Positions 49,534 to 61,157 of a stretch of 64,000 nucleotides of DNA are shown here, piece after piece. The stretch is from Acidobacteriota bacterium (lineage in GTDB: Bacteria; Acidobacteriota; UBA890; WLXD01), in NCBI GenBank assembly GCA_963666215.2, contig CAXWPL010000004.1:544001-608000 (forward strand). The letters run 5' to 3'. The position numbers and the translations under genes are program-made. The stretch's first letter is position 1. The number at the start of each line of letters is the position of its first letter. The notes beneath the pieces were generated by a model, which was not told where the DNA came from, did no database searches, and saw only the letters and a list, made by a program, of their open reading frames with translations.

Positions 49534-50942
49534 GGGGATGTCCCACCGTCCGTTGAACTAAGGCGACGGTGAAGTGGTTGGGGATTGTTACGCAGTACGG
49601 CGCTCCTGCTCAAGGGGAACGTCGACGGCGGTGTTGAGTGCGGCATCGAGCTTGGCGATGTCGCGGTAGCCACGAACCCTCCGGAACTTGCTCTCGGCCT
49701 CGATGAGTGCAGTAACCGCCCATCGAACGATCATGCTCCCGGAGCGCCACCGCTTTACGTTGCGGCTGACGTGTTTGATCGTCCCGTTCAGGTTCTCGAT
49801 CGTATTCGTTGAACGTAACGTCCGAAGCAGCGGCCCCTGAACTCGGAGCCGAGTGACGGTGAGCGTCTCTTGCATTCCTTCTCTGAGCGAGGCCGCTGCA
49901 CCGGGGTGATCGGTCTCCAGCTCCTTGACCACGGCGTCGAGCTGCTTGGTCGCTGCCGTGGCCGTCTCCGCCTTCCACGCCTTGCGGATCTTGGCTGCGA
50001 ACCAGGGCCGGATATGCCCTGGCAGATGCTCCAATACATTCTTGATCTTGTGGACACGGCAGCGCTGGATCAGGGCCCACTCGCCGAACGTGTCGCGCAC
50101 TGCTTTACGGAGGCCCTTGGAGCCATCGATTACCACCAACCGCGCCCGTTCGACGGGCATGCCGCGCTCGATCAACTGCCGCAGCAGCGACCGGCACACG
50201 TGGGAGCTCTCCGTGGTGCCCTCTACGACACCCAGCACATGCTTGACGCCGTCCGCGTCGATGCCCATGGCGATCACCAACAAGTGCTTGCCCATGTGCG
50301 TGCCGTCGATCACCAGCACCGGCAGGTCCACTTCATTGAGCGGTTGGGCCAGGTACTGCTGCACCTGCTTGGCTGTACGCGCTACGAACCGCCGCGACAC
50401 ACTCGAGCGACTCGTTCCCGACGAAGCTCGCCCGTCGTCGAGCCGCTCTAACGAGCGCTCGTACTTGCGCGTCGTGACGCCGCACAGGATCTGCTCTACG
50501 GCGCGCTCTTCGAGCGGATCTGTTGCCTTGAACCTCTCCCAGTGCGGCAGCGGCAGCTCTTGGCCATCGACGCTCCGAGCCCGCGGCTTGCGTACCTTGA
50601 CCCGCCGGCCGCCCATCACCAGCGAGCCCTCGTCGTAGCCGTGTCGGTACGCCCGCCGCTGCTGTGACCGCGCGTAGCGCTCTCCGCAGAGCTCCGCCCG
50701 GTCTTCTTCCAGCAGCGAACCCAACACCCCGAAGCCCGCGTCCATGACCAGCGCTCGTAGATCCGATCGCGCCGCTACCACTGCCTCCAGGAGCGGGTTC
50801 TCTTGGCGCTCCGCTTTCCTACTTGTCTCTGTTCTGCGACTCTTGCTCATGACGGTGATCCTCCATGCCAGTGGATTGACCCCGACACACTATCGAGGTC
50901 GGATCACCGTCACCCTTTTTCAACGGAGCCTGTGACATCCCC
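49534..50942 (-). mobile_element. IS256-family element (transposase 49588-50850)
   Basis: IRs GGGGATGTC..TCCGTTGAA..GACGGTGA; 8-bp TSD GCGACCGG; IDG, QRCRVH, STNTIENLN motifs. Confidence 0.92.
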
Positions 50943-51148
50943 GCGACCGGCGATTCTCGGGCGCCTCGAGCAGACGCTCGACTTTCTTCCCATCGGATGA
51001 TCCTCGCGCTCGGGCGCACGTGATCTACAACGCTCGGTTCGACGGCCAGGAAAGGCTCTTTGCTCGAATCCCCTGGAGAACCCGCGGGGCGGAGTGTAAT
51101 ACCGTCGGACGCCGAACCTGGCCGCGACGACGTAGGAGACTCCACCGC

Positions 51149-52313
51149 ATGCGAACGCAAATACGCCAGCACCTCAGCGCGGTAGCAGCAAAGACGTTGC
51201 TGGCGGTCTTCCTCACGAGCCTGACGAGCTGCGCGATGCCTACCAAGCCTGCTCCGACGACGGACGAAATCGCCACCGCCTACGTCAAGCTCGTCCTCGC
51301 TCTCGGGCAGCACGACGCCGATTACGTCGACGCCTACTACGGCCCCGCCGACTGGCGCCAGCAAGCCGAGAGCTCTGATCGCGATCTGGGGAGCATCGCC
51401 GCCGAGGCCGATGAGCTCAGCACGGCCGTCGATAACTCGGCGATCAACGACCTCGACGAAATGGAGCTGCTCCGTATCGTGTACCTGGACAAGCAGATCG
51501 CCTCGCTCGCGGCTCGGGTGGCGATGCTGCGCGGCGACCGCTACAGCTTCGACGAGGAGTCGAGCGCCCTCTACGACGCGATCTCGCCGCGCAACAACGA
51601 GGCTCACTTCGCCGAGCTCATCGAACAGCTCGAAGCGCTGTTGCCCGGCGACGGCTCGGTGGCCGAACGCTACAACGCCTTCCGCAGCGACTTCGTGGTT
51701 CCGCCCGAGCAGCTCGACGCCGTGTTCAGAGCCGCCGTCGACGAGGCGCGCACGCGCACGCGAGCACAGCTCGAGCTCCCCGAGGACGAGAGCTTCACCA
51801 TCGAGTACGTCACCGACAAGTCGTGGAGCGGCTACAACTGGTACCAGGGCCGCTACCGGAGCCTCATTCAGGTGAACACCGATCTGCCGATCTTCATCGA
51901 CAGAGCTGTCGATCTGGCGGCACATGAAGGATATCCAGGCCACCACGTCTACAACGTGCTGCTCGAACAGCACCTCTCCAACGAGCGCGGCTTGGTGGAG
52001 TTCACGGTCTACCCGCTGTTTTCGCCGCAGTCGTTCATTGCCGAAGGCAGCGCGCGAATACCTCAACGGCAACACCGACGCGGCGGCTGCCGCCGACTGG
52101 CTGCAAAGCTACGGGTTGATGACACCCGCCAGCGCCGAGCAACGCATGCGCTTCATCGACCAGTACCGCGCCTACGTCATCAACTACAACCTCGGCCGCG
52201 ACATGGTGGCCGGCCACGTTGAGTTTGGCGGCATCGACGCCGCCCAACGGTGGGAGCGCTTCAAGGAACTGCTGGCGTCACCGAGGCTGCCTTCCGGACT
52301 GGAGGAGTTCTGA
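51149..52313 (+). pseudogene. DUF885-like zinc-metallopeptidase lipoprotein with internal deletion/frameshift at ~52055
   Basis: Lipobox LTSC; AHEGYPGHH; AEGSA; second frame YRAYVINYNLG. Confidence 0.7.
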
Positions 52314-52412
52314 ATGATGAGCATGAGCCCCCGTTGCAGAGCATTACGCTCATGTTGGGCTGCAACACGGGCCGCGACGGCCAATACCCGAGCAGGATGT
52401 ACGGCCGGGCTC

Positions 52413-54085
52413 GTTCGAGGCAACGCCACTCGTGATCGACGGCGTCATGTACGTGAGCACGCCGTACAACCGCGTCGTCGCTCTCGATGCGGCGACCGGC
52501 GACGAGCTCTGGGTTTATGACCCGGGAACCACGGAGTGGGGGCAGCCGCCAAACGGCACGGGTCTCGTACACCGTGGCGTCGCGGTCTGGGAAGGCAGCG
52601 AGCCCGCGGCACCCGACAGCCAACGACGGATCTTTCTGAATACCCGTTGGCGCCTGATCGCCATCGACGCTACTACAGGCCAACCGATCGATAGCTTCGG
52701 CCACCGAGGCGAGATCGATCTCACCGAGCAGCTGCTGCGGCCGACGAACCGGCTGCACTACACCCAAACCTCGCCGCCGGTTGTCTTCGGTGACCTGGTG
52801 ATCCTCGGCAACGGTGTGTGGGACGGCTTCGTGTACAAGCAAGACCCGCCGGGCAACATTCAGGCCTTCGATGTGCGCACCGGCGAGCTGGTGTGGAACT
52901 TCAACCTGATCCCCCAGGAAGGCGAGCTCGGCAACGACACCTGGGAAGACGAATCCTGGCGTTTCACCGGGCACACGAACGTTTGGGCGCCGTTCACCCT
53001 CGATGCCGAGCGCGGGCTTCTTTACCTGCCGGTGGGCACGCCAAAGCAACGACTTCTACGGTGGCCACCGCAAGGGCAGCAACCTCTTCGCCGAGTCGCT
53101 GCTGTGCTTGCGCGCCGACACCGGCGAGTACGTCTGGCACTACCAGATCGTCCATCACGGCCTGTGGGACTGGGACCTCGGCTCGCCGCCAACGCTGATG
53201 ACGGTCACCGTCGATGGAGTGGCGATCGACGCCGTGGCGGCTCCTTCAAAAGTCGGCTTCGTCTACGCCTTTGATCGTGTGACAGGCGAGCCGCTGTGGC
53301 CCATCGAGGAGCGCGCGGTACCGGCAAGCGACGTTCCTGGTGAAGTGGCCGCGGCGACGCAGCCCTTCCCCACCCGACCGGCGCCCTTCACGCCACAAGG
53401 CCTTTCCGAAGATGTCCTCATCAACTTCACTCCGGAGCTGCGGGCGCAGGCACTCGAGACCATCGCGCCCTACCGCTACGGCGAGCTCTTCACGCCGCCG
53501 TCGCTGCAGGGGACAATCAGCCTTCCCGGCATCATCGGTGGGGCCAACTACGGCGGCGGCGCGGCCGATCCGAACGGTGTTCTCTACGTGAAGTCCACCA
53601 ACCAGGCGTTCCTGATCAAGATCAAGGAGAGCGACCCGGCGCTCGTCGAGGCCGACTACGACGCCGACCTGTCGGTTCTGAGCATCCGGTTGCCCAACGG
53701 CTTGCCACTCCTGAAGCCGCCGTACGGCACCCTTACGGCAATCGACATGAACAGCGGCGAGCACCTCTGGCAGGTGCCGGTAGGTGACTCAACGAACGTT
53801 CGTTTTCATGCGGCTCTGCGCGGAGTCGAGCTGCCCGACCGCCTCGGTGCCATCGGTCACTCCGGCCCGATCGTCACCGCGAGCGGACTCGTGTTCGTCA
53901 CCGGCGGCTCTCGCAGCCTGCATGCCTTCGACGCCAGCAGTGGTGACGAGCTCTGGTCAGCTGATCTCGGCGGGCGATCGGGAGCCAACCCGATGACCTA
54001 CGCCGCGGACGGCCGCCAGTTCGTCGTCATCGCAAGTGGCTCCGGCCGTAACGCCAAGCTCACCGCTTTCGCTCGACCGGACTAG
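52413..54085 (+). pseudogene. PQQ-dependent glucose/quinate dehydrogenase-like; N-terminus missing, frameshift at ~53042
   Basis: FEATPLVIDGVMY, HRGVAVW, QIVHHGLWDWD, KPPYG, NPMTY motifs. Confidence 0.8.
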
Positions 54086-54090
54086 CGGGA

Positions 54091-54253
54091 TTGTCGGATG
54101 CCACGACGCTAGCTACCTCACTCGCGGTCCTGGGACAACGTCATGAGGTTGCCTGGCACGGCGATCGTGGGCGGCGGCCGACGCTCGTCTTCCTGCACGA
54201 TGGGCTCGGTTGCTTGTCGACGTGGCGCGACTTTCCGGCCGAGCTCTCCGCAC
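54091..54253 (+). pseudogene. Alpha/beta hydrolase N-terminal fragment cut by a MITE
   Basis: PTLVFLHDGLGCLSTWRDFP. Confidence 0.6.
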
Positions 54254-54384
54254 GGTACTGTCAAGTTAAGCCGATTCCCGCTCATTTCGACACCGCGCTC
54301 TGACTGAGAACGCCTGAGATTCAAGGGTTCCCGGTCCACGGATCACGCGTCTCTCCTCGGATTCCGGCTTAACTTGACAGTACC
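54254..54384. mobile_element. 131-bp IS6-type MITE
   Basis: Perfect 20-bp terminal IR GGTACTGTCAAGTTAAGCCG, similar to the IS6 ends at 55776/56579; no coding capacity. Confidence 0.8.
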
Positions 54385-54478
54385 CTTCCAGGAGCTCCAT
54401 CGACTCGGTGGCGGCGGCGACGAACACCGCCTGTAAGCGAGGTTCCAGTGTTGCGAGCGGAGGCAAGGCTACCCTCCT

Positions 54479-55719
54479 CTAGTTCATCCCGTTGGGTCTT
54501 TTCCCCGTTCGCAGCCCCGCCAGATCCGCGCCGGCGAGTCGCTGGTACAAGCGCAAACCGAATTCGGGCGCGATCGCGCCGATGTGGTCGAAGATGTCGG
54601 CCTGGATCCCTTCGTACGCGACCCAGTCGATGTCGTTGCTGAAGCAGTAGATCTCGATCGGCAGGCCTTCGGTACCCGGTTGTAGCTGCCGCACAATCAG
54701 CGTCATACCGTCGTGAATCTTCGGGTGATGCTTGAGGTAGTTGTAGATGTAGGCGCGGAAGGTGCCGATATTGGTCAGCCGCCTCAAGTTCACGCCCGAC
54801 TCGCCCGGGGCATCCAGTGCCTCGTTATACGCATTGAGCTCCGCCTCCTTGGCGTCGATGTAGCCTTTCAGCAGTGCGAAATCCTTGAAGCGTTGCACTT
54901 CCTCGTCCGTCAGAAACCGGATCGAGTTGAAATCGACGTTGATTGAGCGTTTGATGCGCCGGCCGCCCGACTCCGACATGCCGCGCCAGTTCTTGAACGA
55001 ATCGGAGATCAGCCGGTGGGTGGGAATTTTCGTGATGGTCTTGTCCCAGTTCTGCACCGTCACCGTGTAGAGCGCCACGTCGATGACGTCGCCGTCGGCG
55101 CCGAACTGCGGCACTTCGAGCCAGTGTCGCCGACCCGGATCATGTCCTGGCCGGTCAGCTGGAGGCTGGCAACCAGCGACAGCAACGTGTCCTTGAACAC
55201 GATCAAGAGCACTGCGGTCATCGCGCCCAGGCCGCTCAGCAGGATCACCGGCGAGCGGTCGATCAGCGCGGCGATCACGAGGATCGTGCCGAGGATGTAG
55301 GTCGCGACCTGGGCGAGCTGCACGAATCCCTTGATCGGCCGGTCGCGCGCGATCGGCCGACTCTCGTAGACGTGGTTGGCCGCCGACAGTGCCGCGGTGA
55401 GCGTCAGGATAATCACCAGGATCATGTAGCCGGCGGCGACGTTGCGCACTACTGCTTCGTCGGCTTCACGCAGGCCCGGCACGAGCTCGACGCCCGCAGA
55501 GATGATGATCGCCGGAATGATCTGCGCCAGGCGGCCGAACACCTTGTGCTCGACCAGCGCGTCGTCCCAGTCGGACCGCGTGCGGGTTGCAATAGCGCGG
55601 ATCGCGGTCAGCAGCAGGCGCTTCGCGACCAGGTCGGCCAAGATCGCTACCAGCAGCAAGATCAGGCTGCCGGCGACCACGGGCAGCAGCGGGTGGATAG
55701 AGGAGAGTTGGTCGAGCAT
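54479..55719 (-). CDS. MscS-family (YbdG-like) mechanosensitive channel, frameshift at ~55122
   Basis: [47 protein letters not shown]. Confidence 0.85.
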
Positions 55720-55775
55720 TGACTTGGATTCTCTTGTCGGGTGACGGCGGGAATGACCCAAACCCCGAAAACGGG

Positions 55776-56579
55776 GGCACTGTCAACTTAACCGCCCGGA
55801 CGCGGCCCCTGAGCAGTTTTGCGCCGGAGAGGTCGCTTCCTCAGGGGCTAGTGGCTTCCTGCCAAGCCATCATGGATCGAGCGCGCAGGAGTCGATAGTT
55901 TGCTGCTCGCAAACGGTGCCGTCCGAGCCGGAACAGATTCTGGACCATTCCGTGCACGGACGGGAAGCGTTGAGCCTGCGCAGCCGACTTGAACAGCCGC
56001 ATCTGCCGCTCCCGTTGTCGAGTCGGCTGATGCGAGCCCTCGCATCGATTGTTCGCGTAGCACGCGGTGACATGCTCCACCGAGGGCATCACCGCACGGT
56101 GCGCGGCCCCATAGCTTCCGAGCTTGTCGGTGATCAGCCATCGAGGTTCGCTCCCCTGCCCTTTCAGCAACTTGCGGAAGAACCGCTTGGCCCCGCAGGC
56201 ATTGCGCTGTCGCTGGACCAAGATGTCGATCACATCGCCATCTTGATCGACTGCACGCCAGAGGTAATGGCGCCTGCCGCGAATTCTTACGAAGACCTCG
56301 TCCAGGAACCAAGTGTCACCCAGACGACCTTGTCGCCGACGTAGCTTACGGGCGTAGCCGGGACCGAACTTCCCGCACCACCGCCGAATCGTCTCGTAGG
56401 TGACCTCGACCCCGCGCTCGGCCAGGAGATCCTCGACGTCTCGGAAGCTCAGGCAGAACCGATGGTAGAGCCAGACGGCGTGGCTGATGATCTCGATCGG
56501 GAAACGGTGTCGGCGATAGCGGCTCGCTGCGTTGGTCATCGCCCGACTCTGCCAGCATGTCCGTTAAGTTGACAATGCC
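55776..56579 (-). mobile_element. IS6-family element (transposase 55841-56539)
   Basis: IRs GGCACTGTCAACTTAAC / GTTAAGTTGACAATGCC; WFLDE, AVDQDG, ITDKL, NNRCE. Confidence 0.92.
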
Positions 56580-56679
56580 CCGGCTGGAGACCGAAGCTCT
56601 TCCCGATCGGCCTCGAGTCGCCGTAGTGAGCCCGCGCGAAGGCTTCGCTGAGAAGCGAAACCAGATTCGTCCGCCGCCG

Positions 56680-56700
56680 TATGTAAGGTCAGCTTACATA
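56680..56700. promoter_or_regulatory. Putative PadR operator
   Basis: TATGTAAG-N5-CTTACATA palindrome 28 bp upstream of the PadR start. Confidence 0.5.
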
Positions 56701-56728
56701 AGGTCGACTACTACTCGGACTGGACAAC

Positions 56729-57046
56729 ATGAATCTCCCGCCGATCACTCATCTGCAATTCCTCATCCTGAGCCAGGCTCTCACCGACGAGCTCTCCGGC
56801 CGCGAGATGCGCGAGCGACTTGCCGCGCACGGCGTGCGTCGCACCCTCGCTGCCTTCTACCAGCTCATGAGCCGTCTCGAGGAGTCTGGGCTAATCGAGG
56901 GTCGCTACGTCGCCAAGGCCATCAAGGGTCAATCGGTGCGTGAGCGCCGCTACGCCGTTACCACGGCGGGCCAAGAAGCCTATGAGGCCACGTGCCGCTT
57001 CTATCGCGTGCAGGTCGATACGCGATCGCAGGAGGCCCGCGGATGA
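56729..57046 (+). CDS. PadR-family regulator
   Basis: LPPITHLQFLIL...FYQLMSRLEESGLI...RRYAVT. Confidence 0.85.
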   Translation: MNLPPITHLQFLILSQALTDELSGREMRERLAAHGVRRTLAAFYQLMSRLEESGLIEGRYVAKAIKGQSVRERRYAVTTAGQEAYEATCRFYRVQVDTRSQEARG

Positions 57047-59826
57047 GCGCTCGAGACGATCCGGCGAGTCGCTTCGCAGCGTCGCTGCGCCGCTGGCTAC
57101 CGACGAGCGCGCGGACACGCGTGTTCGACCCCGCGCACGAGGAGCTTCGTGCCCGCCACATCGACTCCGCAACCGGCGGCTTCCGCGCTCACGTCGATCT
57201 TCTCGCACTCTGGCTCGACTGCTGGCGCCTGGCGCTGACTTCGCGCAGTTCGCGAGGCGCGGAGCAAACACCCGTCGCAGTGCGCCACAACAAGTCTCGC
57301 CTCGCGCCACCCCATGGCGGCAACCGCCCCTCTCCAGAACGCTTCGCCCGGACGAACATCATGCAGACCTTGCTGAACGAATTTCGTTATGCCGCCCGCG
57401 CGCTACGAGCCAGCCCCGGCTTCACCGCTATCGCCGTGATCACACTGGGTATCGGCATCGGCATCAACGCGGCCATCTTCAGCGTCGTCGACACCTTCCT
57501 GTTCCGCGACCTGCAGGGCATCGACCAGCCCGACGAGATCATCTGGGTGATGACACGCACCGAACAGATGTCGCTGCTGCTCAACCAGTCGTTCCCCAAC
57601 TATCTCGATCTGCGCGAGACCAACCAGGTCTTCGAGTCGATGGTTGCCTACGGGCCGGCATCGGTTGGGATCAGCCGTGAGGACGGTGGCGCCGACCGCA
57701 TGATGGTGGCGTCGACGTCCGACAACTTCTTCGAAGCACTCGGCGTTGACGCAGCCGAAGGACGCATGTTCACCGCCGCGGAGGTCGAGACGGAAGGGGC
57801 TCCGGCGGTGATGGCGCTGTCGCACGACACCTGGCTGTCGCGTTTCGGCGGCAACCGCGATCTCGTGGGTCGCACCCTCGATGTCAACGGGGTGCCGGTG
57901 ACGCTCGCCGGAGTTGCCGATCCGGAGTTCCTGGGCATCGAGACCATGCTCGGTGTCGAGGCCTACATGCCAACGACCACGATCCAGCAGGTGAGCCCGG
58001 GCACGTCGGCGGTGGGAACTCGAAGGGCAGGCGGCTTCCGGGTTCTCGGTCGCCTGGCCGACGGTGTCTCCATCGGCGAGGCTCAGCAGGCCATGGACGT
58101 TCTCGCAGCCGAGCTCGAGCGAGACTTCCCCATCGACAACGAAGACCTCGCGATCGCCCTCCTGCCCGAAAAGCAGGGACGCCCCGATCCGTCGGTCGGC
58201 GGTGGCTTTGCCGGCATCGCGACCGTGTTCATGGGCATGGTTGGCCTGGTTCTGGCGATTGCCTGTGCCAACGTCGCCAGCATCGTGCTGGCTCGATCGA
58301 TGGGGCGCGACAAGGAGTTCGCGGTTCGTTCGGCGATCGGTGCCTCCCGCAGCCGACTCTTCGCTCAGCTCGCCAGCGAGAGTCTGATCCTCGGAGTCAG
58401 CGGAGGGCTTGTTGGCGTGGCGCTCGCGGCGTGGGGAACCGCTGGGGTGCGCGGCATCGTAGCGCAGTGGCAGATCGGCATTCCACTGCGACTCCCGATC
58501 TCGGTAGACCTTCGCCTGGCACTGTTCAGCGTGGCTCTCGCGATGCTTTCCGCTCTCGTCGCTGGTGCCCTACCGGCGTTGCGCGGCGTACGCACCGACC
58601 TGAGCGCGGTCCTCAACGAAGGCGGTCGCGGTAGCTCGGCGGGGCCCGCCCGGCAACGTCTCCGCCGCCTCATCGTCGTTGGTCAAGTGGCGGTCTCGGT
58701 GGTGCTGTTGATCGTCGCCGGCCTCTTCATCCGCAGTGTGCAGAACGCACGCAACGCCGACCTCGGCTTCCGCGTCGATAACCACCTGCTCGTCAACGTC
58801 GATCCCGGCCTGGTGGACTACACGGGAGAACCACTCTCGCTGTGGTACGACGAGCTACTCGACAGGGCTCGGGCGTTGCCGGCCGTGCGGTCGGCGGCGC
58901 TGACCTCCTCGATGCCATTCGGTATCCGCCTTGGCTTCAGCAACATCTTCGCCGAAGGTCGCGATCCCGAGGCCGCGCTCGAGTTCTCACCGTTCTTTCG
59001 CGTCAGCCCCGACTACCTCGAGACGGCGCAGACGCGGTTGTTGCAGGGCCGTGACCTCACGACGGCCGATCGCGCCGACTCCGTGTCCGTCGCGCTGGTC
59101 AACGAACAGATGGCGAAGCTCTACTGGCCCGACGAAGACCCGTTGGGCAAGCGCTTCTCGACGACCGGTGACGACGGCCCCTGGCTGGAGGTCGTGGGCG
59201 TGGTCGAGAACGGCAAGTACATGCTGATCTGGGAGGCCCCGGGTCCGGCGGTGTTCACGCCGTTTGCGCAGAGTGTCCCCGGCACCGCGACATTGCTGTT
59301 GCACACCGAGGGCAACCCGCTGCTTGCGGCGACGGAGGTTCGCCAGCTGGTAGCAGAGCTCGACGCCAGGGTCCCGATGTTCGACGTCCGCGACGGCGCC
59401 TCCTTCCTGCAGTACGGGCGCGCGTTGATGGGCGTGCGACTGGCGAGCACGCTGGTCACCGCCTTCGGTCTGGTGGGTATCGCGCTCGCCGCGATCGGGC
59501 TTTACGGCGTCATCGCCTACTCGGTGAGTCAGCGCACGCGCGAGTTCGGCGTTCGCGTGGCCATGGGAGCGGCAACCGGTAGCCTCATGCGGCTGGTGTT
59601 GCGGCAAGGCTTGATGTGGATGCTGCCCGGGGCGCTCCTGGGGCTCGTCGCCGCATTCGCCGTATCGAGGCTGGTCGCGAACCTGCTAGTGGGTACGTCA
59701 CCGACCGATCCCATCGCCTACCTCGGCGGCGGGCTCGTAGTGGTCTTGATCGCGATAGCGGCAAGCCTGGTTCCGGCCCTGCGAGCAGCGCGTGTCGACC
59801 CAGCTGAGGCACTGAGATCGGAGTAG
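57043..59826 (+). CDS. ADOP-family ABC permease
   Basis: ATGA overlap with PadR; duplicated MacB/FtsX domains; ends RAARVDPAEALRSE. Confidence 0.92.
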   Translation: MSARDDPASRFAASLRRWLPTSARTRVFDPAHEELRARHIDSATGGFRAHVDLLALWLDCWRLALTSRSSRGAEQTPVAVRHNKSRLAPPHGGNRPSPERFARTNIMQTLLNEFRYAARALRASPGFTAIAVITLGIGIGINAAIFSVVDTFLFRDLQGIDQPDEIIWVMTRTEQMSLLLNQSFPNYLDLRETNQVFESMVAYGPASVGISREDGGADRMMVASTSDNFFEALGVDAAEGRMFTAAEVETEGAPAVMALSHDTWLSRFGGNRDLVGRTLDVNGVPVTLAGVADPEFLGIETMLGVEAYMPTTTIQQVSPGTSAVGTRRAGGFRVLGRLADGVSIGEAQQAMDVLAAELERDFPIDNEDLAIALLPEKQGRPDPSVGGGFAGIATVFMGMVGLVLAIACANVASIVLARSMGRDKEFAVRSAIGASRSRLFAQLASESLILGVSGGLVGVALAAWGTAGVRGIVAQWQIGIPLRLPISVDLRLALFSVALAMLSALVAGALPALRGVRTDLSAVLNEGGRGSSAGPARQRLRRLIVVGQVAVSVVLLIVAGLFIRSVQNARNADLGFRVDNHLLVNVDPGLVDYTGEPLSLWYDELLDRARALPAVRSAALTSSMPFGIRLGFSNIFAEGRDPEAALEFSPFFRVSPDYLETAQTRLLQGRDLTTADRADSVSVALVNEQMAKLYWPDEDPLGKRFSTTGDDGPWLEVVGVVENGKYMLIWEAPGPAVFTPFAQSVPGTATLLLHTEGNPLLAATEVRQLVAELDARVPMFDVRDGASFLQYGRALMGVRLASTLVTAFGLVGIALAAIGLYGVIAYSVSQRTREFGVRVAMGAATGSLMRLVLRQGLMWMLPGALLGLVAAFAVSRLVANLLVGTSPTDPIAYLGGGLVVVLIAIAASLVPALRAARVDPAEALRSE

Positions 59827-59956
59827 ACGACTGTCGACGTCGCTCCGGCAGAAAAACCTCGAAAGGCTGGCTACGAGTCCCTGAGCGCAACCATCGGATC
59901 AGCCCTTCCGGCCACCAGAGCTGGTAGGACCATGCGCGGGGGGCCGGGCGGGTGCG

Positions 59957-61156
59957 CTACTCGGCGCGCAGTGCCTCGATTGGATCCAGCAGCGAGGCGC
60001 GCCGCGCTGGGGCGACGCCGGCGATCATCCCCGTGAGCGCACTGACCAGCATGGCGATGGCAACGAACTCCACCGGCGTGTGTACCGGCAAGCCCGGTAC
60101 CGCGGTCCGTAATAGCGCGGCGATTCCGAGCCCGCCGCCAACCCCTATCAGGCCACCGACCAGCGCCAAGACCGCCGACTCGACGACGAACAGCGCTTGG
60201 ATCTGTCCAGAAGTCCCGCCGAGGGCCTTCATCAGACCGATTTCGGGGGTGCGCTCGTTGACGCTGATCCACATGATCGTCAGGATGCCGATCGAGCCGA
60301 CCAGCAAGGAGATCCCGGCGATCGCACCCACGCCGAGCGTGATGATGTTCATCACGTTGTCGAAGACTTCCATCATCTGGGCCTGCGTCGTGATGCTGAA
60401 GTCCTCCTTACCGTGACGGTCGGTCAGCAGGCGCCGCACGGCGTCCTCTACCTGCCGCTCGAGCCCGAGGTGGGTGAAGATCAGGTCGATCTCGAAGAGC
60501 TCGTCGAGGTTGAAGAGGCGCATCGCTGAGGCTACTGGGACGTAGGCCGCGTCGTCGATATCCATTCCGAGGATCTGGCCCTTCGGCTCCATGATGCCGA
60601 TGACGCGAAAGCGCTGGCCACCGATGCGCACGAAGCGGCCGAGAGCGTTGACCTCGCCAAAGAGCTCTCTCTTGAGCGTGGGCCCGAGGACAGCAACCGC
60701 CGCGCCGCGCCGCGGGTCGCCGGGCGGCAAGAAGCTCCCCTGTCGAACGTTGAACGAAAGCACCTCGGGAAACGCGTCGGTAGCGCCATAGATGTAGACA
60801 CTGCGACCGCGACCCTCCGCCTCGACCCGAGCCGAGCCCATGGCGAACGGTGCCACGCGCTCCACCCCCGGCAAGCGCGACAATGCTACGGCGTCGTCGA
60901 TGGTCAGCTTTTTGGTGGTGCCACCAAGCACGCCAGGAATGCCGATGGTTTCCTGCTTGCCCGGGTTGATTCCGATGAGGTTAGTGCCGAACTGGGTGAA
61001 CTGGTCGAGCACGTAGCGACGAGTGCCCTCGCCGATCGAGGTCAACAGGATGACGGCGCCGATGCCGATGGCGATCCCGAGCATCGACAGCGCGGTGCGC
61101 AGCCGATGGCTCTGTAACGCGCCGAGCGAGAGCGTCAGGAGGTCGCGAGTCGCCAT
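59957..61156 (-). CDS. MacB-type ABC permease
   Basis: ISLLVGSIGI...ERTPEIGLMKALG...LDPIEALRAE. Confidence 0.92.
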   Translation of the reverse strand: MATRDLLTLSLGALQSHRLRTALSMLGIAIGIGAVILLTSIGEGTRRYVLDQFTQFGTNLIGINPGKQETIGIPGVLGGTTKKLTIDDAVALSRLPGVERVAPFAMGSARVEAEGRGRSVYIYGATDAFPEVLSFNVRQGSFLPPGDPRRGAAVAVLGPTLKRELFGEVNALGRFVRIGGQRFRVIGIMEPKGQILGMDIDDAAYVPVASAMRLFNLDELFEIDLIFTHLGLERQVEDAVRRLLTDRHGKEDFSITTQAQMMEVFDNVMNIITLGVGAIAGISLLVGSIGILTIMWISVNERTPEIGLMKALGGTSGQIQALFVVESAVLALVGGLIGVGGGLGIAALLRTAVPGLPVHTPVEFVAIAMLVSALTGMIAGVAPARRASLLDPIEALRAE

Positions 61157-61157
61157 G

